64,000 bases of DNA from contig JAHFLF010000002.1 of assembly GCA_023255625.1 (NCBI GenBank), positions 39,734 to 103,733 on the forward strand, given 5' to 3'. This document shows positions 52,254 to 60,029 of this stretch, piece by piece; the stretch's first letter is position 1; each line of letters opens with the position of its first letter. The notes beneath the pieces were generated by a model. That model worked only from the letters and a program-made list of their open reading frames with translations. It did no database searches and had not been told where the DNA came from. Position numbers and translations under genes: made by a program. Origin of the DNA: Candidatus Harrisonbacteria bacterium (lineage in GTDB: Bacteria; Patescibacteriota; Minisyncoccia; UBA6257; 1-14-0-10-44-23).

Positions 52254-52456
52254 GAAAAGAGCCGAGTACCAGTGAAGGTATCCTCGGACTCTTTTCGCTA
52301 CCGGTATTTTTCGGGTCTTCCTGCCCGCGTTCCCACCGGTAGGAACAACTCTCACTGGAACGAACTTTCACCTCTCAATCTGGGAATACTCCTTTTCTTC
52401 AGCTACTCTCAACCAGATTCCCCTTTGGTTGAGTGGCTGTGGCGCGAAGTTGCGCC
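52254..52456 (-). repeat. 203-bp structured 3' trailer, copy 2
   Basis: Near-identical to 50090-50292; starts at the stop codon of ORF 52456-53043. Confidence 0.95.
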
Positions 52457-53043
52457 TACGGGAGCTGGGCGGTCGCCAGCCCGATCAGCCCACTGTGCTT
52501 GGTGGCCACGACGGCCGCCAGACAGGTGGCGTTGTCGGGAAAGGGCTTGCCGCCGTTGCCCACCCTGCGGAACTTCCGCACCAGGAACACCGCTTCGGCG
52601 CTCCTGCCGTCGTCGATGAGCGCCGCGGCCTCGGCGAGCAGCTTGTCCGCGACCGGACCCGCTGCCGGAGCCGACTTCTTCTCGAGGACATCGACCCGCG
52701 CCCCGAGGTCGACGACCTCGTCGGCGATCGCGCCGACGACCGTGGACGATGCCCAGTCCTTGGGGTTGAACCCCGCGGACGACGCCGGCACGGCAGTCTG
52801 CGCGGCGACCGGAGCGGTGGCAGAGGCCGCCGGCGCAGGGGCCGCCACCGCCACCGGCTGGCTCACGACCGGCGTCGGCAGTGTCGCAGCCGGAGCCGCC
52901 ACGACAGCCGCCGGCGTGGCGGCAGTCGCCTGCTGCGGGCACGAACCCGCAGTCGGATCGGCGCTGACGCCGATCCCGAACACGCTCCGACATCCTCCCG
53001 CCGCGAGCACCGCGGCGAGCACGACCAACCTTCGCGTCTGCAT
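52456..53043 (-). CDS. GC-rich putative lipoprotein with Ala/Pro linker (cassette gene 4)
   Basis: SD GGAGGAG; MQTRRLVVLAAVLAAGG-C lipobox. Confidence 0.8.
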   Translation of the reverse strand: MQTRRLVVLAAVLAAGGCRSVFGIGVSADPTAGSCPQQATAATPAAVVAAPAATLPTPVVSQPVAVAAPAPAASATAPVAAQTAVPASSAGFNPKDWASSTVVGAIADEVVDLGARVDVLEKKSAPAAGPVADKLLAEAAALIDDGRSAEAVFLVRKFRRVGNGGKPFPDNATCLAAVVATKHSGLIGLATAQLP

Positions 53044-53123
53044 CGTTCGATCTCCTCCCGGGGTTTTACCCCGTTCTAATGGACCCGCCCGACCCTCGCT
53101 GGGTCAGTCCGAATCGCCTAAAA

Positions 53124-53152
53124 TATATAGCATATTGCAATAAAAATGTCAA
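53124..53152 (-). promoter_or_regulatory. sigma70 promoter P4
   Basis: TTGACA-N17-TATATA with extended TG. Confidence 0.75.
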
Positions 53153-53189
53153 ATATCGTTCTATTGAGTTCAAAACTAGGCCAGCATTT

Positions 53190-53304
53190 AGCCAATGCAA
53201 AATCCGCACCAAGATGAGCAGGGATACCTTTTACTGCTCCCTATGGTGCGGACTTTGCATTGGCTGTCTCGCCAAATAGATCTTATCTGCTCACCTTGGG
53301 GAGA
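53190..53304 (+). repeat. Constant-core hairpin type A copy 4 (53190-53265) plus decayed type B (53267-53304)
   Basis: 22-bp arms (1 mismatch) around identical A core; remnant TATCTGCTCACCTTGG. Confidence 0.9.
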
Positions 53305-53391
53305 AGCTTGGGGCAACTGCTCTAGCCAAAATGACCGCTCTATAGTTCAATATTGCATTTCTGTTAGATTTTCAAATAAAAACTTAAATCT

Positions 53392-53425
53392 CCATGTTAC
53401 AGCGTACTAGTACGCTGTAACATGG
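53392..53425. repeat. 34-bp perfect loopless palindrome
   Basis: CCATGTTACAGCGTACT|AGTACGCTGTAACATGG. Confidence 0.9.
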
Positions 53426-53461
53426 CTAGGAAATAAACTGAAGTAAAAAATGAGCGACAAG

Positions 53462-53522
53462 ATAAAAAATTACGGGATTTTGGCAATAGAACCCCGTTTG
53501 CCAAAATCCCGTAATTTTTTAT
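53462..53522 (-). terminator. 25-bp perfect hairpin after leuS
   Basis: ATAAAAAATTACGGGATTTTGGCAA-N11-reverse complement. Confidence 0.75.
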
Positions 53523-53540
53523 TGCCCGCCAAAACAAAAA

Positions 53541-55964
53541 TCAAATAATTAGATTAATCAGCCGGTCTGGCACAAAGATCACTTTCTTCGGAGCGCCGCT
53601 CACCCATTTTTTAATACTTTCTTGCAAAAGAGCCAACTCAATCGCCTCGGCTTGAGTAATCCCCTTTTGTGCCTGTATAGTCCCACGCACCCGGCCGTTC
53701 ACCTGAATAATTAAATCAAAAGTATGCTCGATAATAAGCGAGGGATCAAAGGAGGGCCAGGGCTGTTGGCACAGTAGTAACGAATCGCGAGTAGCGAGTA
53801 GCGAGTTTAATTCTTCAGTGATATGCGGAGCGAAGGGCGACAAAATTTTCAGGAATTTCTGCCAATCTTCATTTGTAATCTGTAATTTGTAATTCGTGAT
53901 TTGATTTATGAATATCATCATCGCAGAAACAGCTGTGTTAAACGACATGCTCTCAATGTCTTCTGAAACTTTTTTGATGGTCTTATGCAGTAAACGAACC
54001 ACTTTGGTATCACTCGTGCTCACCCGTGCCTCACTTGTGCCCACATGTATCCCTATCTTCCATATCTTCTCCAAAAACCTGGCCGTACCTAATACGCCAT
54101 GGTTATCCCACGCCGCCGCTTGATTAAATGGTGCGATAAACAAAATGTAGAGCCGCAGGGCGTCAGCACCAAACTCTTTAACAAAATCATCCGGGTTGAC
54201 AATGTTGCCAACGGACTTGCTCATCTTAGCTCCATCGCTGGCAAGAATAGTCCCCTGCGCCGTTCGCTTTTGATACGGTTCTTTGACCGGTACAAGCCCC
54301 TGATCGTACAAAAATAAATTCCAAAAACGGGAATAAAGTAAATGTAGCGTAACATGCTCCATGCCGCCGTTGTACCAATCCACGGGCAGCCAATAAGATA
54401 GTTTATCAAGTTCCAAGTTCCAAGTTGCAAGTGAGACAGGATTCTTAAAAGCATTCGGACTCAAAAGATACGCCATGTAGTACCACGAAGAACCGGCCCA
54501 GTTGGGCATAGTGTCGGTCTCGCGCTTGGCCGGCCCCTTACACTGCGGGCACTTCGTATTTACCCATTTCGTCATTGTTGAAAGCGGCGACTCGCCGTTG
54601 TCTGTGGGCTGATACTTTTCAACTTTAGGCAGCTTTACGGGTAAATCTTTTTCAGGCACCGCAACCCAGCCGCACTTTGCGCAGTTAATAAGCGGGATCG
54701 GTTCACCCCAATATCGCTGGCGGCTAAAAACCCAGTCACGCAGTTTATAGGTAACTGTTTTTTTGCCACCGGTAATTGCCAATGCTTCATCAAAGGAGAT
54801 GAGCGGCTTATCAACAATCGGCAACTTGAATGTCTCTGCGAAGGCCCGGTCGCGCTCGTCATGTTGCGGCACTGCCATAATAGCTCCGGTTCCATAAGCG
54901 ACGAGCACATAATCGCCTATCCATACCGGGATCTTTTCTTTTGTCGCCGGATTAATAACTTTAATGCCTTTTAGCTCAACTCCGGTTTTTGCTTTCCCTT
55001 CCGAGGATCGGTCAAGATCGCTCTTCAGCTTTGTTTCTGCAATGTACTCTTGAACCTCTTTATAATTTGCAATTTGCAATTTAATTTTCTCGATAATTGA
55101 ATGTTCCGGCGCAAGCACGAGATAGGTCGCTCCGGAAATAGTGTCCGGCCGGGTGGTGAAGACCTTGATTAACTGGATTGCCACGCTACGCCCGCCAGAG
55201 GCGGGCAAGCTCGCAATGACAAGCGGGAATTCAATTTCCGCTCCCTCGCTGCGTCCAATCCAGTTTTCTTGCTGCGCTTTTATCTCCGGCAGATACTCAA
55301 CCTCTTTCAGCCCTTCAAGCAGTTTATCGGCATAAGCCGTAATTTTCAGCATCCATTGCTCCTTCTCACGCTGCTCAACTGCAGTGCCACATCGTTCGCA
55401 CTTGCCGCTAATAACTTCTTCGTTCGCCAGACCAATTTTATCTTTTGGACACCAGTTAATATTGACCCGCGCCTTGTAAGCCAGTCCGGCCTTAAATAAT
55501 TGCAGAAAAATCCACTGCGTCCATTTGTAATACTGCGGATCGGTCGTATTCACCTCGCGACTCCAGTCAAAAGAATACCCAAGCGACTGTAGCTGTTTAC
55601 GAAAATTTGTAGTATTTTGTTTGGTCGCAGTCTGCGGCGGAATACCAGTTTTAATCGCATAATTTTCAGTCGGCAGGCCAAAAGCGTCCCAACCCATGGG
55701 AAAAAGCACATTGTAACCTTCCATACGCCGCTTGCGGGCAAGCACATCAAAAGCCGTATAGGAACGCAGGTGGCCCATATGCATGCCCGCGCCAGATGGG
55801 TATGGAAATTCAACCAGGGCGTAGTACTTCTCCGACGCTTGCGGCGCAAGGTCGGAGCCCCGACCCTCCAGGCGTCGGGGTGGATCATCCTTGGCCTCGA
55901 AAACTTTTTCCGCTGTCCATTTTTTCTGCCACTTTTTTTCTATTTTCTGCGGATCGTAGTTCAT
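53541..55964 (-). CDS. leuS: Leucyl-tRNA synthetase (start MNYDPQKIE)
   Basis: FPYPSGAGMHMGH, FTTRPDT, SRQRYWGEPIP, KMSKS. Confidence 0.98.
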   Translation of the reverse strand: MNYDPQKIEKKWQKKWTAEKVFEAKDDPPRRLEGRGSDLAPQASEKYYALVEFPYPSGAGMHMGHLRSYTAFDVLARKRRMEGYNVLFPMGWDAFGLPTENYAIKTGIPPQTATKQNTTNFRKQLQSLGYSFDWSREVNTTDPQYYKWTQWIFLQLFKAGLAYKARVNINWCPKDKIGLANEEVISGKCERCGTAVEQREKEQWMLKITAYADKLLEGLKEVEYLPEIKAQQENWIGRSEGAEIEFPLVIASLPASGGRSVAIQLIKVFTTRPDTISGATYLVLAPEHSIIEKIKLQIANYKEVQEYIAETKLKSDLDRSSEGKAKTGVELKGIKVINPATKEKIPVWIGDYVLVAYGTGAIMAVPQHDERDRAFAETFKLPIVDKPLISFDEALAITGGKKTVTYKLRDWVFSRQRYWGEPIPLINCAKCGWVAVPEKDLPVKLPKVEKYQPTDNGESPLSTMTKWVNTKCPQCKGPAKRETDTMPNWAGSSWYYMAYLLSPNAFKNPVSLATWNLELDKLSYWLPVDWYNGGMEHVTLHLLYSRFWNLFLYDQGLVPVKEPYQKRTAQGTILASDGAKMSKSVGNIVNPDDFVKEFGADALRLYILFIAPFNQAAAWDNHGVLGTARFLEKIWKIGIHVGTSEARVSTSDTKVVRLLHKTIKKVSEDIESMSFNTAVSAMMIFINQITNYKLQITNEDWQKFLKILSPFAPHITEELNSLLATRDSLLLCQQPWPSFDPSLIIEHTFDLIIQVNGRVRGTIQAQKGITQAEAIELALLQESIKKWVSGAPKKVIFVPDRLINLII

Positions 55965-56034
55965 GGGAATGAAGTATGGGATAAGAATTATGAAGTATGG
56001 AAAATAAATTCCCGCTGCCCTTAATTCATACTTC

Positions 56035-56937
56035 TCACTTCTTAATTCCGAAAATGCGTTCCGCATTTTCGGTGGTTATTCTTGCCATTTCATCATACGA
56101 CACTCCCTTAATTTCCGCTAATTTTTTTACAACCTCTGTAATATATGCCGGCTCGTTGCGCTTCCCGCGGTGCGGCTCGGGGCTAACATACGGGGCGTCG
56201 GTTTCGGTCAGCAGCCGGTCAAGAGGAATCATTTTAATCTGCTCATCATAGTCCGGGCACTTGCCCGCCTTAGGCGGGAAGGTAATGACACCACCGAATT
56301 CAAAGTTAAATCCTGCTTGAAGAAATTTCTTGGTCATTGCTGCGGAGCCAACATAGAAATGTAGGACTCGCGGAAGTATGAAGTTAGAATTATGAATTAT
56401 GGCAAGGAGGTCTTCGTAAGCATCATCGGTGCTTTTGCCGGGCTTGCCCTCCGTAGCTTTAGCGAAGGAGGGCCGGCAATGAATCATGAGCGCTTTACCG
56501 ACCTCCTGCGCAATCCGTACATGCTGCAAAAACACATCTTTCTGTTTTATTCGTACTTTCGTAAAAGATTCGTCATTCGTAGCTCTATAGTAATCCAACC
56601 CGCACTCGCCGATAGCAACGACTTTTGGGTCGCGCGCTAAATTCAAATAAAAATCGTAATCAAACTCTTCCTCGCGACTCGTAAAACTCTTTGCCGCCGC
56701 TCCGCCCCCAAGCTCATTCTCATCATGATACGACTTTGCGGTGTGAACAGGATGCAAGCCGATCGCGGCGTAAACATCCTTTTCATAAAAGTTGGCAATC
56801 TCAACCGCCCGCGCAGAGGTATCCCGCTGCGTACCAACATTAATGATTGAAACGCCGGCAGCTAAAGAGCGGTCAATGACCTCTTTCCAATCCTTTTCAA
56901 AAGCGGCAAATTGTACATGCGTATGGCAATCGAACAT
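56035..56937 (-). CDS. tatD: TatD family hydrolase
   Basis: DCHTH, GLHP, IGECGLDYY, IHCR, ETDAPY. Confidence 0.96.
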   Translation of the reverse strand: MFDCHTHVQFAAFEKDWKEVIDRSLAAGVSIINVGTQRDTSARAVEIANFYEKDVYAAIGLHPVHTAKSYHDENELGGGAAAKSFTSREEEFDYDFYLNLARDPKVVAIGECGLDYYRATNDESFTKVRIKQKDVFLQHVRIAQEVGKALMIHCRPSFAKATEGKPGKSTDDAYEDLLAIIHNSNFILPRVLHFYVGSAAMTKKFLQAGFNFEFGGVITFPPKAGKCPDYDEQIKMIPLDRLLTETDAPYVSPEPHRGKRNEPAYITEVVKKLAEIKGVSYDEMARITTENAERIFGIKK

Positions 56938-57051
56938 AAAGAGTAATCGCTAATATACGAATAGCGAATAATGCTAATGGAAATATGATACCAGAAAAAT
57001 TAATTTCAGATAGCCGCTTGACTTAAATTCATTGCTGTTATAGATTACTAA

Positions 57052-57275
57052 GCAACGGAGAGAGAAAATCTCTCTGGTAAACATAACCTGTGAATCGGAG
57101 TTGGGGTTGAGATGTGGGTTACACGGCCCACCCCGTTAGTCGAAAGAGTCTTGTAAAGCGACTTGTCGAGCCAACTGGAGGGTCTTCCGATCCCTCTTCA
57201 TAACTCGGCATTAGCCACCCTAACTCCTCCATCCTCGCGCGACCCGACAGAAGCTCTGCCGGGTCTTTGATTTTT
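57052..57275 (+). ncRNA. Putative structured small RNA with own promoter and terminator
   Basis: TTGACT-N17-TAGATT (57018-57046); closing stem GGAGTTGGGGT/ACCCTAACTCC; internal hairpins; GACCCG..CGGGTC-T-run. Confidence 0.5.
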
Positions 57276-57296
57276 AAAATATAATCGCTCAACTTG

Positions 57297-57367
57297 TCGG
57301 GATGCCGGGAGTTGAACCCGGGCCGCACAGTCCCGAACCGTGCATACTACCGCTATACGACATCCCG
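57297..57367 (-). tRNA. tRNA-Pro(CGG)
   Basis: CGGGATG/CATCCCG-A; CACGG-TTCGGGA-CTGTG; CCGGG-TTCAACT-CCCGG. Confidence 0.95.
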
Positions 57368-57615
57368 TTTTTACCCGCCTCCGGCAGGCCTTCGCTGAAA
57401 GCCCGCTCCGCTACGACATCTAGCATAAAGCATTTGCTCAATTTTGAAAAGTTCATGTATGAGGCCTTATACGGTTAAAAATTCTCCTCTTTCGTTTATA
57501 CCAAATTATCTCCGGAAAAAACTTGATATCATTAAAAGACGACCGTTCTTTAATTATATCAAGTTGCTATCGGACAAAAAATGGGGAAAAAATATCCTGC
57601 TCTTCTACATCTCTT

Positions 57616-58191
57616 CTACAAAAGCTCTCTTGTAGTTCCCGAACTGCCAACCTCTATGATCTCTACATATTCCTCAATGCTAAATTTCAAAAGATCATTG
57701 ATAAATTCTTTTGGCAATAAAAACTTACCTATCCAGACGCTGTTCTGCAACTTTTGGAAGCCGAGTCTTTTGAGAACTGCACGGAGCCATTCGCGCTGCT
57801 TACGCAGCTTTTCTGGAATGTCATATGCGATAACGATTAACTTCTTGCCCGGCTTGGCCTCGTAGCTAGCGCCGATTGCTCTGCGTGTATTCTCGGCACG
57901 CAAAACATCGCGGCGCCTCCTACCGTCTGCTGTGAGAGAGTATCTAATTACATCACCAACCTTCCGCGCTGAAATAAGCTCATTTTTCTTAATGTAAGAA
58001 AGCATATTCATATAACGCATATAGCGCTTGCGTCGCTGTACACGCAGAACCCTTGCCTCTGCTACACTACCAAAGATATTTTGAGTGAACTCGTCGGTCA
58101 TCGTTAGCACCCCAATCACCTCTACTGCCGTCAGGGCGCCGTCGCTAAGCGCATCAAGGATTTTAATTGTCAGATTCGCCGGCTTTCCCAT
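57616..58191 (-). CDS. PaaX-like regulator (wHTH plus Cas2-like ferredoxin fold)
   Basis: YSLTADG; IVIAYDIPEK..REWLRAVLKRLGFQKLQNSVW. Confidence 0.88.
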   Translation of the reverse strand: MGKPANLTIKILDALSDGALTAVEVIGVLTMTDEFTQNIFGSVAEARVLRVQRRKRYMRYMNMLSYIKKNELISARKVGDVIRYSLTADGRRRRDVLRAENTRRAIGASYEAKPGKKLIVIAYDIPEKLRKQREWLRAVLKRLGFQKLQNSVWIGKFLLPKEFINDLLKFSIEEYVEIIEVGSSGTTRELL

Positions 58192-58292
58192 AATCCATGT
58201 AAATGAATTTGATATAGTTATTGAACGACCGTTTTTTAATTATAGCACTTGATGACCTAACGGATACGCCAAAAACGATTCTTTCCTTGTGG

Positions 58293-59840
58293 TTATTTTA
58301 CGAAATACCTCTTCTTAATCTCCTCATCGATCGAATTTTGCGCTGCGGCTGCACGCTCTTTTGCCTTGGCTTTCAGAGGTTCAAGCTCATCGTTTGATAG
58401 TTTCGCAAGATCAGCGGCTCGCTTCAACAAAATTTCTTTCGTGTTTAATGTCGGGTCGCCAAGCACCTCTTCGAGCAATACCGCAATAATCTGCCCGATT
58501 AAACGGCCGGCAGGAATCTTGAGCTCCTTCATCAAGTCCTCGCCGTTAATCGCCAGCATCTTCGCGCTGATCGGATCAGTTTTCACCTTTTCAATCATGG
58601 CGAGCAGATAGCGTAGACGATACGGCTGGGCTTTGGGCACGCCGCTACCAATCCGGTCGGCCTCGCGGACGCGAACCAAATCATCAATATTTTCTGCGCC
58701 AACCCGTGCCAGCAGTCGCCGCACACCGGCCAGCGTAACAATTTCCGGATCATAGACAAACATGTGCTCGTACACGAGCATGCTGACCTGATCAATAATC
58801 TCGTTACTGAAATGCAACCGCGTCAGCATCTTTGCCGCCATCTTTGCCCCGACTACCTGGTGACTATAGAAAGTCCAATCGCCTTTTTTGCCTGCACGCA
58901 CCTTTTTACCCGTTGCCGTATCTTTCCAAACCCGGGTTGCCGGCTTGCCAACATCGTGCAGTAGTGCCGCAAGCCGCACCGCCAGCGAATGGCCCTTAGT
59001 TGCAGAATATTCCAACGATTTTAGATTGTGCTCATAGACATCGTAAATATGATGCTGGTTCTGCTCGCAGCCCACACCATCGAGGAGTTCCGGCAGCACG
59101 AACTTCAGCAGTCCGGTCGTACGCATGATCTCAATTCCCTCGCCGGCACGCTTAGTCATGATCATCTTCGTCAGCTCATCGCGGATCCGCTCGGCGGCGA
59201 TGTGCTCGAGTAATTTTGCTTCGGCTTTAAGCGCCTCCATTGTTTCTTTCTCAATCTTAAAACCAAGTTGAGCATGGAAACGAACTGCTCGCATCAGCCG
59301 GAGCGCGTCTTCGCGAAATCGCTCGCCAGCGTCTCCGACTGCGCGAAGCATCCCTTCGACAAGGTCATGCTGACCGCCGAATGGATCAACTAATAACTTA
59401 TGACTCATAACTAATAACTGGAAACGCTCGCCCTCGTTATTTGTTATAAGTTCTAAGTTATGAGTTAAGTCGACCGCCATCGCATTCACAGTAAAATCCC
59501 GCCGCGCCAAATCCTCTTCAATAGTTTTCACAAACTTCACCTCATCCGGCCGGCGCTTGTCGCTGTAACTGCCCTCGGTACGGAAGGTTGTAACTTCGAT
59601 AATCTTGCAAGTCGGATCCATACTCTCGGTCTTCACGCCGACCGTACCAAAGCTATTTTCGTAAACGCTATCCGGAAACAATAAATGCACCTGCTCTGGC
59701 AAAGCATCGGTAGCAATATCCCAGTCCTTTGGCGGAACATCAGTCAGCAAATCGCGCAAACAACCGCCGACTAAATACGCTTTGTATTTATTAGCGTGCA
59801 GAATAGCGGCGATTTGTAAAACCTCTTTGGCAATTTGCAT
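58293..59840 (-). CDS. cca: CCA tRNA nucleotidyltransferase with HD domain (start MQIAKEV)
   Basis: LVGGCLRD..DWDIAT, EVTTFR, RRDFTVNA, EDALRLMRAVRF, LLHDVGK. Confidence 0.95.
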   Translation of the reverse strand: MQIAKEVLQIAAILHANKYKAYLVGGCLRDLLTDVPPKDWDIATDALPEQVHLLFPDSVYENSFGTVGVKTESMDPTCKIIEVTTFRTEGSYSDKRRPDEVKFVKTIEEDLARRDFTVNAMAVDLTHNLELITNNEGERFQLLVMSHKLLVDPFGGQHDLVEGMLRAVGDAGERFREDALRLMRAVRFHAQLGFKIEKETMEALKAEAKLLEHIAAERIRDELTKMIMTKRAGEGIEIMRTTGLLKFVLPELLDGVGCEQNQHHIYDVYEHNLKSLEYSATKGHSLAVRLAALLHDVGKPATRVWKDTATGKKVRAGKKGDWTFYSHQVVGAKMAAKMLTRLHFSNEIIDQVSMLVYEHMFVYDPEIVTLAGVRRLLARVGAENIDDLVRVREADRIGSGVPKAQPYRLRYLLAMIEKVKTDPISAKMLAINGEDLMKELKIPAGRLIGQIIAVLLEEVLGDPTLNTKEILLKRAADLAKLSNDELEPLKAKAKERAAAAQNSIDEEIKKRYFVK

Positions 59841-59849
59841 AATAATTTG

Positions 59850-59921
59850 TGCCCTCGTGAGGAATCGAACCTCAATCCTCTGGTTCGAAGCCAGAAGTCC
59901 TATCCGTTGAACGACAAGGGC
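59850..59921 (-). tRNA. tRNA-Arg(TCG)
   Basis: GCCCTTG/CGAGGGC-A; TCTGG-CTTCGAA-CCAGA; TGAGG-TTCGATT-CCTCA. Confidence 0.95.
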
Positions 59922-59957
59922 CACATACAAATCCTACCCTAATCAGACAAAAACAAA

Positions 59958-60016
59958 AAGCCCGGCATCGTTTCGCGGGACTGTGAGTCAAGTGTCTCGC
60001 GAAACGAACCGGGCTT
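59958..60016 (-). terminator. Long hairpin terminator
   Basis: AAGCCCGG..TCGTTTCGCG / CGCGAAACGA..CCGGGCTT with T-run. Confidence 0.65.
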
Positions 60017-60029
60017 CATTTTTTCTAAT

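Noticed and set aside
50090-52456. DGR template/variable repeat pair
   Set aside because: Only one mismatch, both copies non-coding, no reverse transcriptase in the window.
50051-52619. Plus-strand ORFs 50051-51097 and 52221-52619 sharing an N-terminus
   Set aside because: The shared peptide is the antisense reading of the 203-bp trailer; the rest is a shadow of GC-rich minus-strand genes that have promoters and SDs.
48965-53304. CRISPR array interpretation of the 30-nt repeated core
   Set aside because: Copies are 1-2 kb apart, in both orientations, flanked by self-complementary arms; no cas1 or effector genes.
48965-53304. Classical integron/attC cassette array
   Set aside because: No RYYYAAC/GTTRRRY ends, no intI, genes carry their own promoters, and conservation is central rather than terminal.
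48139-57310. att-site duplication or prophage at tRNA-Pro
   Set aside because: The shared TCCCGGCATCCCGAC is the 3' end of two complete, inverted tRNA-Pro genes enclosing leuS and tatD; no integrase or phage genes.
57616-58191. cas2 gene
   Set aside because: The Cas2-like fold is fused to an N-terminal wHTH, the PaaX-like architecture common in CPR; no array or other cas genes nearby.
55965-59930. N-terminal extensions of leuS (to 56066) and cca (to 59930)
   Set aside because: The extensions run through a heptamer repeat/tatD and through tRNA-Arg; the downstream ATGs match family starts.
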